This document shows positions 50,340-62,500 of a stretch of 64,000 nt of DNA, one piece after another. A program made the position numbers and the translations under genes. The DNA is from Podarcis muralis (taxonomy: Eukaryota): assembly GCF_964188315.1 (NCBI RefSeq), contig NC_135666.1, positions 35,092,001 to 35,156,000 on the forward strand, in the 5' to 3' direction. The notes beneath the pieces were generated by a model. It was not told where the DNA came from. It was given only the letters and a program-made list of their open reading frames with translations, and did no database searches. How positions within the stretch are numbered: position 1 is the first letter of the stretch; the number at the start of each line of letters is the position of its first letter.

Positions 50340-50455
50340 GAGGAATCTGAAGTATCTGAAGAAGTGTGCATGCACACGAAAGCTCATAACAATAACAAAC
50401 TTAGTTGGTCTCTAAGGTGCTACTGGAAGGATTTTTTTTATTTTGTTTTGTTTAA
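50340..50455 (+). mobile_element. Penelope-like element terminal fragment containing a hammerhead motif
   Basis: ctgaagaagtgtgcatgcacacgaaagctcata...ttagttggtctctaaggtgctactgg. Confidence 0.7.
50350..50392 (+). ncRNA. Minimal type-I hammerhead ribozyme motif
   Basis: CUGAAGA (50356-62), extra A, stem II gtgtgc/gcacac, GAAA (50378-81), palindromic AGCU stem III, CUC cleavage triplet (50383-85), short stem I tat/ata. Confidence 0.6.
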
Positions 50456-50702
50456 AAACAAAGTTCCTCTTCATGACAAGTTAATAGGACTTCCTATAAG
50501 GCACGCATTTCACACCAAACTTCTCAGTGGTGTCACCCTGACTGTGGAAAGATCTTGCCAGGGAGGTTTGCCTGTGGGTGAGAACTCTGAGGTCTTTTCA
50601 TCATGTGGAAATTTTAAAAAAAGGAATTTAAAATCTTTTATATTATTTTCTGTTACTCTTATATACTGTTCTTTCACTTTTACAACTGTTTGTATTTCAT
50701 TA

Positions 50703-50933
50703 CAGTAGTACCTTGGAAGTCGAACGGAATCCGTTCCGGAAATCCGTTCAACTTCCAAAACCAAATTGCGGCTTCTGATTGGCTGCAGGAAGCTCTTGCA
50801 GCCAATTGGAAGCCCCGTCAGACATTCGGCTTCCAAAAATAGTTTGAAAACGAGAATAGTCACTTCCAGGTTTGTGACGTTCGGGAGCCAAAATGTTCAG
50901 GAACTAAGCTGTTTGACTTCCAAGGTACGACTG
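50703..50933. mobile_element. TcMar-Tigger-like MITE
   Basis: TIR cagtagtaccttggaagtc / gacttccaaggtacgactg; TA TSD. Confidence 0.88.
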
Positions 50934-51114
50934 TATTATAATTTGCAAACTGCCCTAGGAATATTGAAGGGCAACCCAATTATTTAAAATACAATAATGG
51001 CAAACGATTAAGAGCAGAATTCATTAGTAAGCTCTACTGGCTGGGGCAATGCAGCCAGATGGGCAGGCTATAAATAACAAACTTATTATTTATTATTACT
51101 AATATTACTACTAT

Positions 51115-51192
51115 AGGGACGCAGGTGGCGCTGTGGGTTAAACCACAGAGCCTAGGGCTTGCCGATCAGAAGGTTGGCGGTTCGAAGCCCCG
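51115..51192 (+). mobile_element. Sauria SINE head only (3'-truncated)
   Basis: gggacgcaggtggcgctgtgggttaaacc...ggttcgaagcccc, then unrelated sequence. Confidence 0.85.
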
Positions 51193-52548
51193 CTTATGCT
51201 CCTAGATTCTTCAGAGCATGCTCAGAAGTTTTAATTGCCACTGGAGAGAATGAAAAATGCTCAGGACTTTTAGCAGAACGGAACTGGGTTCCACATTTTC
51301 CCAGGCTCCCTGATGTAAATAGACAAGGAGACTTTCTGGAAAGTTCCAGGCCTTGAAAGTCACTTCTACCACATCTAAAACGTTCAACTCCAGTCTTCTT
51401 GGCCATTGGTTCCCCAGGTTACTACTGCAAGCTAGGCCCAATTTTCTGCAAGGTCTGAGCTAGGCTCAGTTCATAATGACTCATGGCTCTCTGCACTTAG
51501 GAAGCTCCTAAATAAAATCTTGCATTTTAGCACCATTATTTTTTGTATATTAGCTTGACTGAATTGTAAAGGAGTTTTACAATGTGGAAGAGAATGAAAA
51601 ATGAAACCCCAAAGCCTTTAAATAAAATAGCAAAAATAAAACAGTGCTCTAGGGGGGAAAACTTGCTTGAAATTCTTGTTGGAGTTGGATATTTCCATTC
51701 TTCAAGTGCATATGGCCATAGATGCACAAAAGTATGTTAGGTACAATGCAGTGAATCTGAAGCAAGTATGTATGTAGCTGATATCTTACTTGATATTTTT
51801 AAATTATATGTAAAGTGAAGGATGGAAAGAAAAATTAATTCACATTTGACTAAACCCCTAACACAAATGGAAAAATGCAAAATACCAGATATTTTCCATG
51901 CAGACCTATTATTGAATACTAACATTTCAGATGAAACATAAAGCTTTTACTTTGGATATGGCGAGAGTTAAAATGCTTTCTACTAGATGGCTAAAAACAT
52001 GCCACCTACAATTCACGATGGGTTTTTTAATGTCTTTGGGTAAAACTGATAGCTGGAGGTCAAATTACAGACAGCACTGGGAATCTACCTCATACAGAGG
52101 TACAGCGTGTTTTTGTGCTACAGTCCATAAGGAATCCTCCTGGTTAACCGTGGAGCCATAAGTAATTGTCTTAATTTGTGAACTACACATTAAGCATATC
52201 GTCAGCTGTTGTAAATGCGTAACCAACAACAAACCATTATGTATCTTTCATCTAATTATACATGCTTATTATCCACCTGCACAAGTGTACCCAGCTAGTA
52301 TCTGTAACAGTTGTGGTTTGTTCCATCAAAACAGCTTTAGGATTGTAAAGTTGCTTTAGAGTTCATAGTCTGCCCAACTTGTGGAATAATTTTGGTTCCG
52401 TGCAGCACACAAAATAGTCGCAGCTATTCATTTTCGTATTATATTAGCTTGCATGCTTATTTTGCTGCAACCTCCCTTTTCTCTAATCGTGAATTGGCCA
52501 CAGATGTAACTACTGAAATGCGAAGTACAGTTGAAGGAGGGTTAAGAG

Positions 52549-52871
52549 CAGGGGTCAGCAACCTTTTTCAGCCGTGAGCCGGTCCACCATCTCTCAGACC
52601 ATGTGGTGGGCTGGACCATATTTTGGAGAGAGAGAAAAGAACGAATTCCTGTGCCCTACAAATAACCCAGAGATGCATTTTAAATAAAAGCACACATTCT
52701 ACTCATGTAAAAACACCAGGCAGGCCCCACAAATAACCCAGAGATGCCTTTTAAATAAAAGGACACATTCTACTCATGTAAAATCACACTGATTCCCGGA
52801 GCGTCCGCGGGCCGGATTTAGAAGGCGATTGGGCCAGATCCAACCCCCGGGCCTTAGTTTGCCTACTCCTG
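52549..52871. mobile_element. hAT (Charlie-like) MITE
   Basis: TIR caggggtcagcaacct / agtttgcctactcctg; 8-bp TSD gttaagag/gttaaaag; internal direct repeat of about 64 bp. Confidence 0.88.
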
Positions 52872-55269
52872 GTTAAAAGCAACATTAAATTTGAGAGTGA
52901 ATGGGCTTCAGCCCAAAAGAAATGCAATTCATACAGAGTGCACCTGCAAGAAAGACATATTCATCCCATAATGCTACTTGCCACTGCAAATATCCTGACA
53001 ACAGGCCATAACTGTAGATGGTTCCACAGTGAATGGCTTTTTGCTATGCCCTTCATCTCTTCCCACACTTACACATTATCCCGCCCCCCTCATTTCTGAG
53101 CTATGTAGAAACCATTCAACCACACACACTGCTATGTTCCAAAGCAACACACAAGTCTCTCCAGCTGTACCATAAAGTGCAAGTTCTGCTTGTGGCACCA
53201 GAGCCCCATGGAAAATCGCTCTCTATCTTGATTGAATGATTCTTAGATAAACACACACATAAATGACACTGTTTTTCTATTAAGGTGTTGCTCAGGCAGG
53301 TGGGGCAAGGGAAGATCTAGGAGATCTTTCATTACTTACCTAATGGATTTCCTGCAGAGCCCAAAGTCCAGTTAATATTGAAATTCTCACAGTTTAGCCA
53401 GTATCATGCCAATGAAACCTATAGTTGTAATAACTAATCTTAAGGTCTGCTACACTAAGAAAACATGTCGAGATATACCAGCTGCTGCATCAGTTCAGTT
53501 TCAGAAAATGATGCTAATATCAGAATCACAGTGTTTTCCTCGGAGAGGTACTGTCCACAATATTATGATTTAAATGGCATTGTACCTAGCAGAACAGCTT
53601 CAATGTAATACAATTAATTCATTGTACTTAGTTGGAGTAAAATATTAACGGAATGAGTGGCTTTTTCTTAAATCATATATTGCATGCATTCAAATGCAGT
53701 TTACAACATTTTTAATTACCATTATATACTGTTTAAATACCATATACTAACTTGCACGAAACATACATTAAAACTTTATGGCCACAGGACTGTATTTCAC
53801 TCAAAACCTGTTAAGCTTTTCACATTCTCTCTTTTCCTGGGGGAAAAGGTGAGGTTACGCTATGGAAGACAACACATGTTATGATGAACATAATCCTATT
53901 ATCATAATGGAAATAATACTATTACAAAGGAATAAACAACAAATGGTGCATGAAGCCCTTGGAAAATTCAAATTCATTTGGGACTCCCTAAGGGAATAAC
54001 ACCAGTCTCAGAGCTGAATTTGATAGTTTCTTAGGAAGTCAAAAGCATATTGAAATAAGCAGCACGTTCTACAGAAATATCTGCAAATTAAGTCACAATA
54101 GAATAACCTCGGTGTTACAGCTGACAGAAAAAATGTGCAAATGATTATTTGGATGGGAAATGTGGAATTACGGGGTGCTGTTCCTACACAAAAATTAAAT
54201 GAGATGCTCCCTGTTGGTCGTAAAGATATTATAAAATGTTTTAAATCTTTTTAAATCTAAAAAAATCATCAGATCAAATAAAACATACAAATAGATATGA
54301 CTATTCTATTATAGTAAGTAATATAAAGCAGGTAAATGCTCTTGGTCCAGTGATTACTAAAGTTATACTGTGTGTTGTTTAGTTTTAGTCAACATAGGCT
54401 TCATGTGCCTTGTAAATGCACATCTTGGGAAATTTCTTAGGAAATTTCCAAACAGGGACAGGAAAGCAAGAAAGAATACATGATAAGAATGGTTAAAGAA
54501 AACTGTTTACCTTTCTAGCATTCTAGCATGCTCTGCTAGATTATTCTTTCTTCCTTAGTAAATTATTCTTTCTTCCTTAGTCATTTTTCCTTTCATCTAA
54601 TATCGCCTTCAGCCTCACTGTTAACAACCATGCCCAGTGGGATTTTTGAATGTTTTTCTTTGAGCAGCACATCCCTATGCCTTATCACAATCTATTTCTG
54701 AAATCTCCTTCTCCACTTTTCAAAAGCAGCTTGGCACAGGGCACTGCTGGTTGAGAAAATAATGCTCAGAGCTCCATTAGGCACATAATATATGCTTTAT
54801 GGTCCCATCCTAAGTATATATGTAGCATTTTCCTTACATTTTCGGTTTTTCATCTATGTATCTCAGCAATCTTTATGATATCTGCATAAGGTAGCCCTGT
54901 ATTGCCACTGGGGTGAGAAACTACAAAAGAGGAGCTTTCCAAAGAACAACCTATAGTTCATGACTGGCTAGAAATTTTAACTTGGGGTTTTCAGTTCAGA
55001 GTTTTGTGTACAAACACTATTCTCTACTAGCTTCACAATCACAGGTGTCTCATTCGGCTGTAACTGAGGCTGAGCCTTGAAGGAAACTCGGGCTCGTTCC
55101 TTCCTTCCCACGCACAATTAGGATAATTAGTTACTTTCCAGTTTTCAGTAAACCCTGGTTTGCAATCCTGGTTTGTAGGGGAAGCACAAGCCATGGTTTG
55201 CTGGTTTAGAAGTAATGGTAACCTGTGGATTGCCAAAAAACAGGAAGTTACTATTATTCTGGGGATATG

Positions 55270-55480
55270 AGGAACACCCTCCCATCAGATGTCCAGGAAA
55301 TAAACAACTATCTGACTTTTAGAAGACATCTGAAGGCAGCCGTGTTTAGGGAAGTTTTTAATGTTTGATGTTTTATCGTGTTTTTAATATTCTGTTGGGA
55401 GCCGCCCAGAGTGGCTGGGGAAACCCAGTCAGATGGCAGGAGATAGATATAGATATAGATGATATAGAGATAGAGATAGA

Positions 55481-55530
<50 letters not shown>
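55270..55530 (+). mobile_element. L2 3' fragment with (ATAGAT)n/(ATT)n tail
   Basis: ccctcccatcagatgtcc...gccgcccagagtggctggggaaacccag, then an expanded microsatellite tail. Confidence 0.85.
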
Positions 55531-57040
55531 GAGCTGGGGAAGAAAGAGATGGAGTACAGAAGTCCAAGGCTCCTTCCATGATCATTCTTGTAGAGGAAAG
55601 CCACAATTTGGCATTATATGTGAAATGTCACACTATGTATTTTCACCTATGGCTGCTGTAATCACTGATGTGGGTAAGCATATTTCAAAAAGCCATTGAA
55701 TAAGAGGCTGCAAAATTAAGCCAATCTGGAGTTCAGTTCTAAGTGAAAGCATAAGAATCCATGCTTACAAAGGTGTATATCAGAATTAGTCCCCAAACCT
55801 AAACATATTACATGAAAAGAGGTTCCAATGATTTAAATTTGCCTTAATACCCGATAGTATATTAAAACTGGGTGCCAGTCAAAGGAAATGTTACCATTCC
55901 AGCAAACTATTTTGTGGATTGAGATGTTATGCCTTTCTATAAACAGTTGAACACCTTCTCCGACTGCAAGTTAGGATTTTTAAATGGTTCAGTTGCTGCA
56001 GCTGGATCAACTCTGATGCACTTAGAAAATATTCCGTTTCCCTTCACAGGAAAAATGAAAGAAGAAACCATATAGAAAGAATGTGTTGCCTGTTTTCTGC
56101 CCCCAGGCTAAGTCTATGCCTTCAGTTCGACTCTTGTGTTATTTAATTGGACTTTATAACTATTCTGTTACTTTCCAAGCTATAGAAGTGAAGATCAAGT
56201 AAAGCGTTACTTACCATTCTCCATCGGTTCTACTTGCTTCCAGAGTACAAGGGCTCCAGGATGCTCTTTCTCTGCATATGTAGATTACCTTTGGTGACAT
56301 ACCTTTTTATTACGGGTCACGGTCTTTTAAGATTAAATTCTCTCAAAGCAGAATGTGTCACCTGCAGGGGGAAAAACAACTAAGTGGGGATTGCTGTTTG
56401 CTTATTTGTTGGTGTGCATTTTATGCAGAGAGCAGGTAATATTACCTTTTCACTTGCTAGCAAGTCTGGACTATCTTTTCAAAAAACAAAAAAACCTTTC
56501 ATTACAATCTTCAATAGATGACTCATTTTGTTTGTTTTTAAACAAAACAAGCACAGCCACAGCTACTTTTGCTTAGCATCCTCATTTCCAAGCGATATTG
56601 ATCCTTTTTTCCTGTTTTGTGGTTATGTTCTTGTGGCTGGAATAGATGCCAATATGCATCATAGCTGATGCTGCTTTTATGCAAAACTGAGTGTTTGCAC
56701 TCCCAATTTCCTGTAGGATCTCCAAGGTCAGAGAATAGCAGGGTTGTCTTTAAAATATCTGTTGCAACAAGTGGCGTTAGATTGCAACACAGTGCCCCAG
56801 GCTATGCACATCTGAAACGGGGAAAACAGACTTTATACTTGGCCTTCCCGATGTCTTGAACTGTGAGCACAAATTCACATGATTGTTGGTAAAGGGTGAC
56901 AGGCAAGTTGGAAATTTTAATACCTTACCCTAGCCCATATTGTAATACAGGTTTGGGATTTCTAGTGCTCTATGAATATTCTAAAACACATCAAGGATTT
57001 TACGCTCTTTACGTATTTCTCAAATCTCCTTCTTATGGAT

Positions 57041-57436
57041 CTGTTGAAAGGTAAAGGTGTAAAGGACCCGTGGATGGATAAGTCCAGTCAAATTCGACTA
57101 TGGGGTGTGGCACTCATCTCATTTTTCAGGCCGAGGGAGCCAGCGTTTGTCCACAGACACCTTTCCAGGTCATGTGGCCAGCATGACTAAAATGCTTCTG
57201 GCACAACGGGACACCGTGATGAGTGCCAGAGTGCATGGAAATGCCATTTACCTTCCCGCTGCAGCAGTACCTATTTATCTACTTTCACTGGTGTGCTTTC
57301 AACACACCACTTAAGGAACAGGGGTGGCACTGTGGTCTTAACTACTGAGGCTCTTGGGCTTGCTGATCGTAAGGTCAGTGGTTCAAATGTGACGGTGATG
57401 AGCTCCCGATGCTCTGTACCCAGCTCCTGCCAACCT
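57041..57436. mobile_element. Sauria SINE: minus-strand body/tail (57041-57302) plus inverted head (about 57312-57436, + strand)
   Basis: The minus-strand portion stops at gtgtgctttcaa; the complementary head portion follows in the opposite orientation, ending cagctcctgccaacc. Confidence 0.85.
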
Positions 57437-57859
57437 TTTGATATTCTGACCATGGCTAGAAGAGAAGTTTGAATTAGTGAATTCATCACTAATTAAGATA
57501 ACTTGGCAAGTTACTTGCTGTCAGCTTAACCTACTTTACTAGTCTGTGTGACATTTGAATCCTGCTGGAATCTGGTTGGAAGAAAGGACAGCAAGCACAT
57601 GCTTCCTATCTGGGGTGGGAATGCTTGCAACACTTCAGGTGTCGCTGGATCACATCGCTAATCAGCTCTGATCGTTGGGGCTGATGAAGTCCAACAATAT
57701 TTGGCAGGCCACAGGTTCTTGACACCTAATTTAAATTGTGTTTGACCTTACACCACCCATCATCTTGACATCTTTCCACAGGGCCTGTAAGACGGAGCTG
57801 TTCCACCAGGTCTTTGGTCAGGGCCTAGTCTGACCCCTCTCCTCCTACAAAGCCCTATA

Positions 57860-58079
57860 CAGTCATACATCGGGTTGAATGTGCTTCAGGTTGAGTGCTT
57901 TCGGGTTGAGCTCCGTGGCAACAGAGTGTGTGCATGCGCAGACACTCAAAATGATGTCATGTGCAGAAGCGACAAAATGTGACCCACGCATGCGCAGACG
58001 TGCCGTCACGTCTTATGTTTTGTTCAGGATGCGAACGGGGCTCCGAAACGGATCCCGTTCGCATCCCGAGGTACCACTG
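57860..58079. mobile_element. TcMar-Tigger-like MITE
   Basis: cagtcatacatcgggttg / cccgaggtaccactg termini; TA on both sides; internal palindrome. Confidence 0.8.
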
Positions 58080-58164
58080 TATATAAGAGGCCTCTCTAAC
58101 TCCTCTCACCAGCTCATATAAATAGCTGAGCCTGGTGAGTACCTAAGGTTCCCAACCCCTATAG

Positions 58165-58321
58165 TCATAATTTGCTGGTTGCCTTCTGATCTTATTTGAT
58201 TTCAATCCGATTTTAATCTGTATTTCAGTCGATTGCAGGATATTAAGTTTTAATGTATTTATATTTTGATGTTAGCCACCCTGAGTCCGGTTATGGGTGG
58301 GGAGGGCGGGATATAAATAAA

Positions 58322-58371
<50 letters not shown>
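58165..58371 (+). mobile_element. L2-type 3' tail with (ATT)n
   Basis: gttagccaccctgagtcc...gagggcgggatataaataaaattattatt. Confidence 0.7.
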
Positions 58372-58560
58372 CATACAAGCCAACTCCTAGGAGGCCAAGG
58401 TCCCTTCAGCCCCGCCAATAAAATATTTAAGGGGGCAGTCCCCACAAAGTTAATAGGCACTGCCATTCAGATAGTGTGACTGTGTTGCATCTTGTGATTG
58501 ATTATGTAGGTTTGAGCTTACCTGGGCCCTCCCAATATTTTATTCAAGTTGGCACCCCTG
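58372..58560. mobile_element. hAT-like MITE (family of 16936-17114)
   Basis: Shared termini and internal blocks with the first copy. Confidence 0.7.
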
Positions 58561-60870
58561 CCATCCATATAAGGAAGGCTATTATTAACCACGTTTTAGC
58601 AATGGACTGTTGCACAATACAGGCAGATAAGCTATTTTGGATTGAGATTCAAGGCAGGTAAATGTATACTTTTCACTGCTGGTGCTCTATTATTTGTTTT
58701 ACATTTTATTTTAGTTTTTTTAAAAAAACTTAGTATGGATCTACATGGAGTGCTACAGCTTTAAGCAGCTGCTCTTTGATAGGTCCTGTGATATTGCCTG
58801 CAATTAGCAAACCATTAAGCAGGTTTTAAAATATTCTTTAGAGTTTTGCCCCAGTCTGATCTCTTTCTCTCCAAGGCTACATCAAACACTAAGGCTTTGG
58901 GCCACCATATTGTGTCTCACTTGTAATAAACAGCATTTCTGGTTATCAAACACCTTGGATTCATTGCTCTGTGGCCTTCAGTCACCCACAAAAGGTATTT
59001 ATTGCCTCATATACGCCTCCACTATGAACACTAGCTTCTAATTAATACCACTTAAATCTACAAGTATTGCCACAAAGAGACACTTAGGAGCATGCTTGAT
59101 GCTCAGTATTACTCACAACTGGAAACATGCTTGAAAACCTTCCAGCTGTCTGACACAGAAATTTGAGAGGACACTCAGTAAAGGACCAATTTCACTGAAT
59201 CATCGGCTAATGTGCTGTATTATATACAGGCAGCACTGGACAAACGGTAGCCTAACTTCTAGCAGAATAGAGCCAGGAGTTGCAGTGGGAAATGGTTCCC
59301 ACCCCACCCCAAAGTCATTTGTGTTCCAGAAGGGCTTAATCCCTGAAAACAAAGACATAGTTTATAGGTGTGTGTAGAGACACATGTTCCAAGCAAGTGG
59401 GATAACAAGTGCATACACTGATTAGTATGATAAGAGGCTAGTATATTTTTCAAACTTTTTTATTACAATGTCAGAATTAGGCCTTTTCTGGAAAATTAGT
59501 ACATGGTGTAACAAGTGTGTATTTATTGCTTAGGTTCCAGACATCTTTCCTTGATTAAAGGCTTCTGTTTGGGGGCAGGGAGGGAGAAGGGTCTACAATT
59601 AAAACTGCAAAAACTGCACAAAGCATTGTTGAACACCCTGCACGTTGGCTGATATTGATGTCAAATGGATGGGAGAACCGGTCAAAGTTGGCCTGCCGGG
59701 GTGGCAGAGATAAAAGGTATGGCCTTGGAGCAAAAAGGTTTCCCACCCGAGAGATAGAAGGTAACAAGGTAGGGCCTCTGCCTGAGACTCTGGAAATCAA
59801 CAGCCAATCAGATTAGAGAATACTGGTGAACAAATAGTCTGATCTGGTATAGGGCAGCTTCTGAGTACGTAAATAAGTAAAAATTCAATTAGCTTCATAA
59901 ATTAGCTGAATTTAAGATCAACAATTACTTTAAATGAGAAAATATATCCAACCCCCTACAATTGAGCTTGCTCTCCCCACCTCCACCCCATATTTTGCTT
60001 TCCAAAAATTCATACTTCTAACAAAATACCATTCCTATGTAATAATAAAGTTTAAGATATGCTATCGTGTCTCAGGATACTAAGAGTTAATCTGGTGTAA
60101 TTTTCTTAATAAAACTCAGAGCTATATATTATTTTTGTAATCTATGTCACACGGTTTGACACCATGTAATTTTTGAGGTATTTTATAATTTGCAAGGCAA
60201 ACAACAACAATGCCTACTGTCTTCTTAAAACTCTTTGGCTGCCAAAGAAACAGCCATTTGCTTTGTCACGATTACCACAGTAAATCTTAGAGTGAATGTA
60301 TTTAATGATGGCTACAAAGCTTCCCTTTATTTTGCCATGGAAAGGAAAGCTTCAGAACCACACTGACCAATTCTGCTCTCTATCTCAAGGAAATGAAAGA
60401 TCACTCACTGGAGCCTACTTACCCAAATTTACCTGCTTAGAGAAATAACGGCTAATAAAAGACCAGGAGTTTGAAGCAAACTTCTCTTGCGCACTAGCAG
60501 ATTAAATTGACTTTGGACCATTCTCTGAAATAATTATGGACTGAAAAGTATGTTGGCATATATATATAGGACTCATTTTAGCCTTTAAATTGAGCATACC
60601 AAGGAGAGTGGATGCATGGAGGCCTTGTGTACAACCCACTAAGAACTGTTCCACCGCATGCACACCCCTAAAAAACATCTTGCTATAATTCAATGGGCCT
60701 GCACAGTTACTGTATTGCCGCTGGTTTGTGACCCTCAACCCTCTTCTCCCATGGACAAACAAAGAATTGTTTCTTTCCCAAATCTGCTCAAATGCCCAAT
60801 TCTGATGAGGTGACTTGCTTATTACACCAACATCCATGACAAAGCGTGTTCTCATTAAAGAGAGAGCACG

Positions 60871-61644
60871 TGTTGCGGATGGGGCCAGACAAACATCCTT
60901 AGTTGCCAGCCAGGCTGTTGCAAGGGAATTGAATTGATTGGTGATGGTTGTTACTGGGGTAAATTTGATGTTGCCAATTAAGGGGTGGGGTCAGAGGTTA
61001 TTTATACTGGGTCCACAGCTTGTTCCTTTCTCTTTCGCTGGGGACACCGGATCACCCGCCCGCCCTCCCTTGAAGGGGCTTCTGCTTGACCTTGCTATGC
61101 CTGTCATGGGGTCGCTCACATTGGTGCGGGGGCCCGGTAGGAATTTTTCCTTTTGGCTGATTAGTGTGTGCCAATTGGGTTTTGCCTACTGCGTAGCAAA
61201 TCGTCACAACTTGTAAGGTTGGCGGTTAGGCATTGGTTAAATTGGTTGGTGGAGGGGTATGGATTGGCTGTGCCTACCCCTCCAATGCTGCTGCTGCATG
61301 GGAATTCCGTTAAAGGAATTCTGGGGCTTACCATCCCCTTGTCCAAACCCCTGGAATCGGGTGCGGGCCGTGTAAGACCCCAAGGCGCATGCAGGGAGGA
61401 ACTGAAGGGTCTGTAACGCAGCCCCAGTTGCCCTGTTTGTTCCTCCACACTGACTCACGCTGGAATCCGGGAGTCAGTGCTATCCCCCAAGGCGGGGGGG
61501 ATAGCTAGTCATAACCAATGCCTACGCAACCACTCACAATTTGTATGTTAATAAAAGTTGTGGCCAAAATTATGCCAAAAACCTTAAACAAAAATTATGT
61601 GTGATGTGTGCGTTATTGGGTTAGGGATGATTTGGGGGACCTCA
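60871..61644 (+). mobile_element. Solo LTR, 774 bp, with 5-bp TSD
   Basis: TG...CA termini; perfect TSD gcacg (60866-60870, 61645-61649); gattgg, GC-box-like ggggtgggg, tttata, and AATAAA at 61550-61555. Confidence 0.85.
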
Positions 61645-62453
61645 GCACGCAAATACCTCAAAAGTTAAGTCACCTGGTTGCAGGTTACGCTTTCAAACTC
61701 CATTATGCTCCAAATCACATATCAGATCTAACAATTCATTTCATTCATCATGTTTGAGTTTTCACTGTGCAGATATAGGAAATCAATTAAACCTATACTT
61801 CCCTTTGAATATTCATCTCTTTTACATTTACAGCAACCAGTCTATCTTTGTGGGAACTCTTCAGAGAAGGTTTTTGTTTGCTGAGCCAGCCCTGACGCAG
61901 AGGGATTTAGGGTTGTGGGTCTGGCTGACCACATTGTCCTTGTCCACACTGATGCAATCACTCCCTTACACACATTCAGCAGAGAACAAAACAAATATAT
62001 GTCTAGCACACAGAGAGAAGTCAGTTTCTAGTTTATTTCACAACCTTACATACATCACCGAAATCAGTCAGCAACCTGTGGTCTGAGGGACACATGCCCC
62101 TCAGCCTAATTTTGGCCTAATTTTTTGGCCTAATTTCATGCACATGGGGGTTGCCTGGAGGGAGAGGCGTAATGATGCTGAAACCTAAGCTTCATATAAA
62201 GAATTAAAATCTCTAAAATGGGCAGCCCTTCTCTCCTGTTTTTCTTCAAGACCTGTGCATCTTGAGGTCTACTCAGAACCAATCGGCTGCCTGAATTCTA
62301 GAACCAAAGCTGTGATTTCCCCTCGCCTTCAGCTGAAAACTGAAACCATGACTCCAGAGAGGATATAAAACACATAGTACCATGCCACTCGTTTATTGTG
62401 CTCACCTGTTGATGAAAGCACTTTTAAAGGTTAAAGCAAATTGTTTTATGTTG

Positions 62454-62455
<2 letters not shown>

Positions 62456-62496
<41 letters not shown>
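62456..62496. repeat. (CA)n microsatellite
   Basis: Direct reading. Confidence 0.95.
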
Positions 62497-62500
<4 letters not shown>

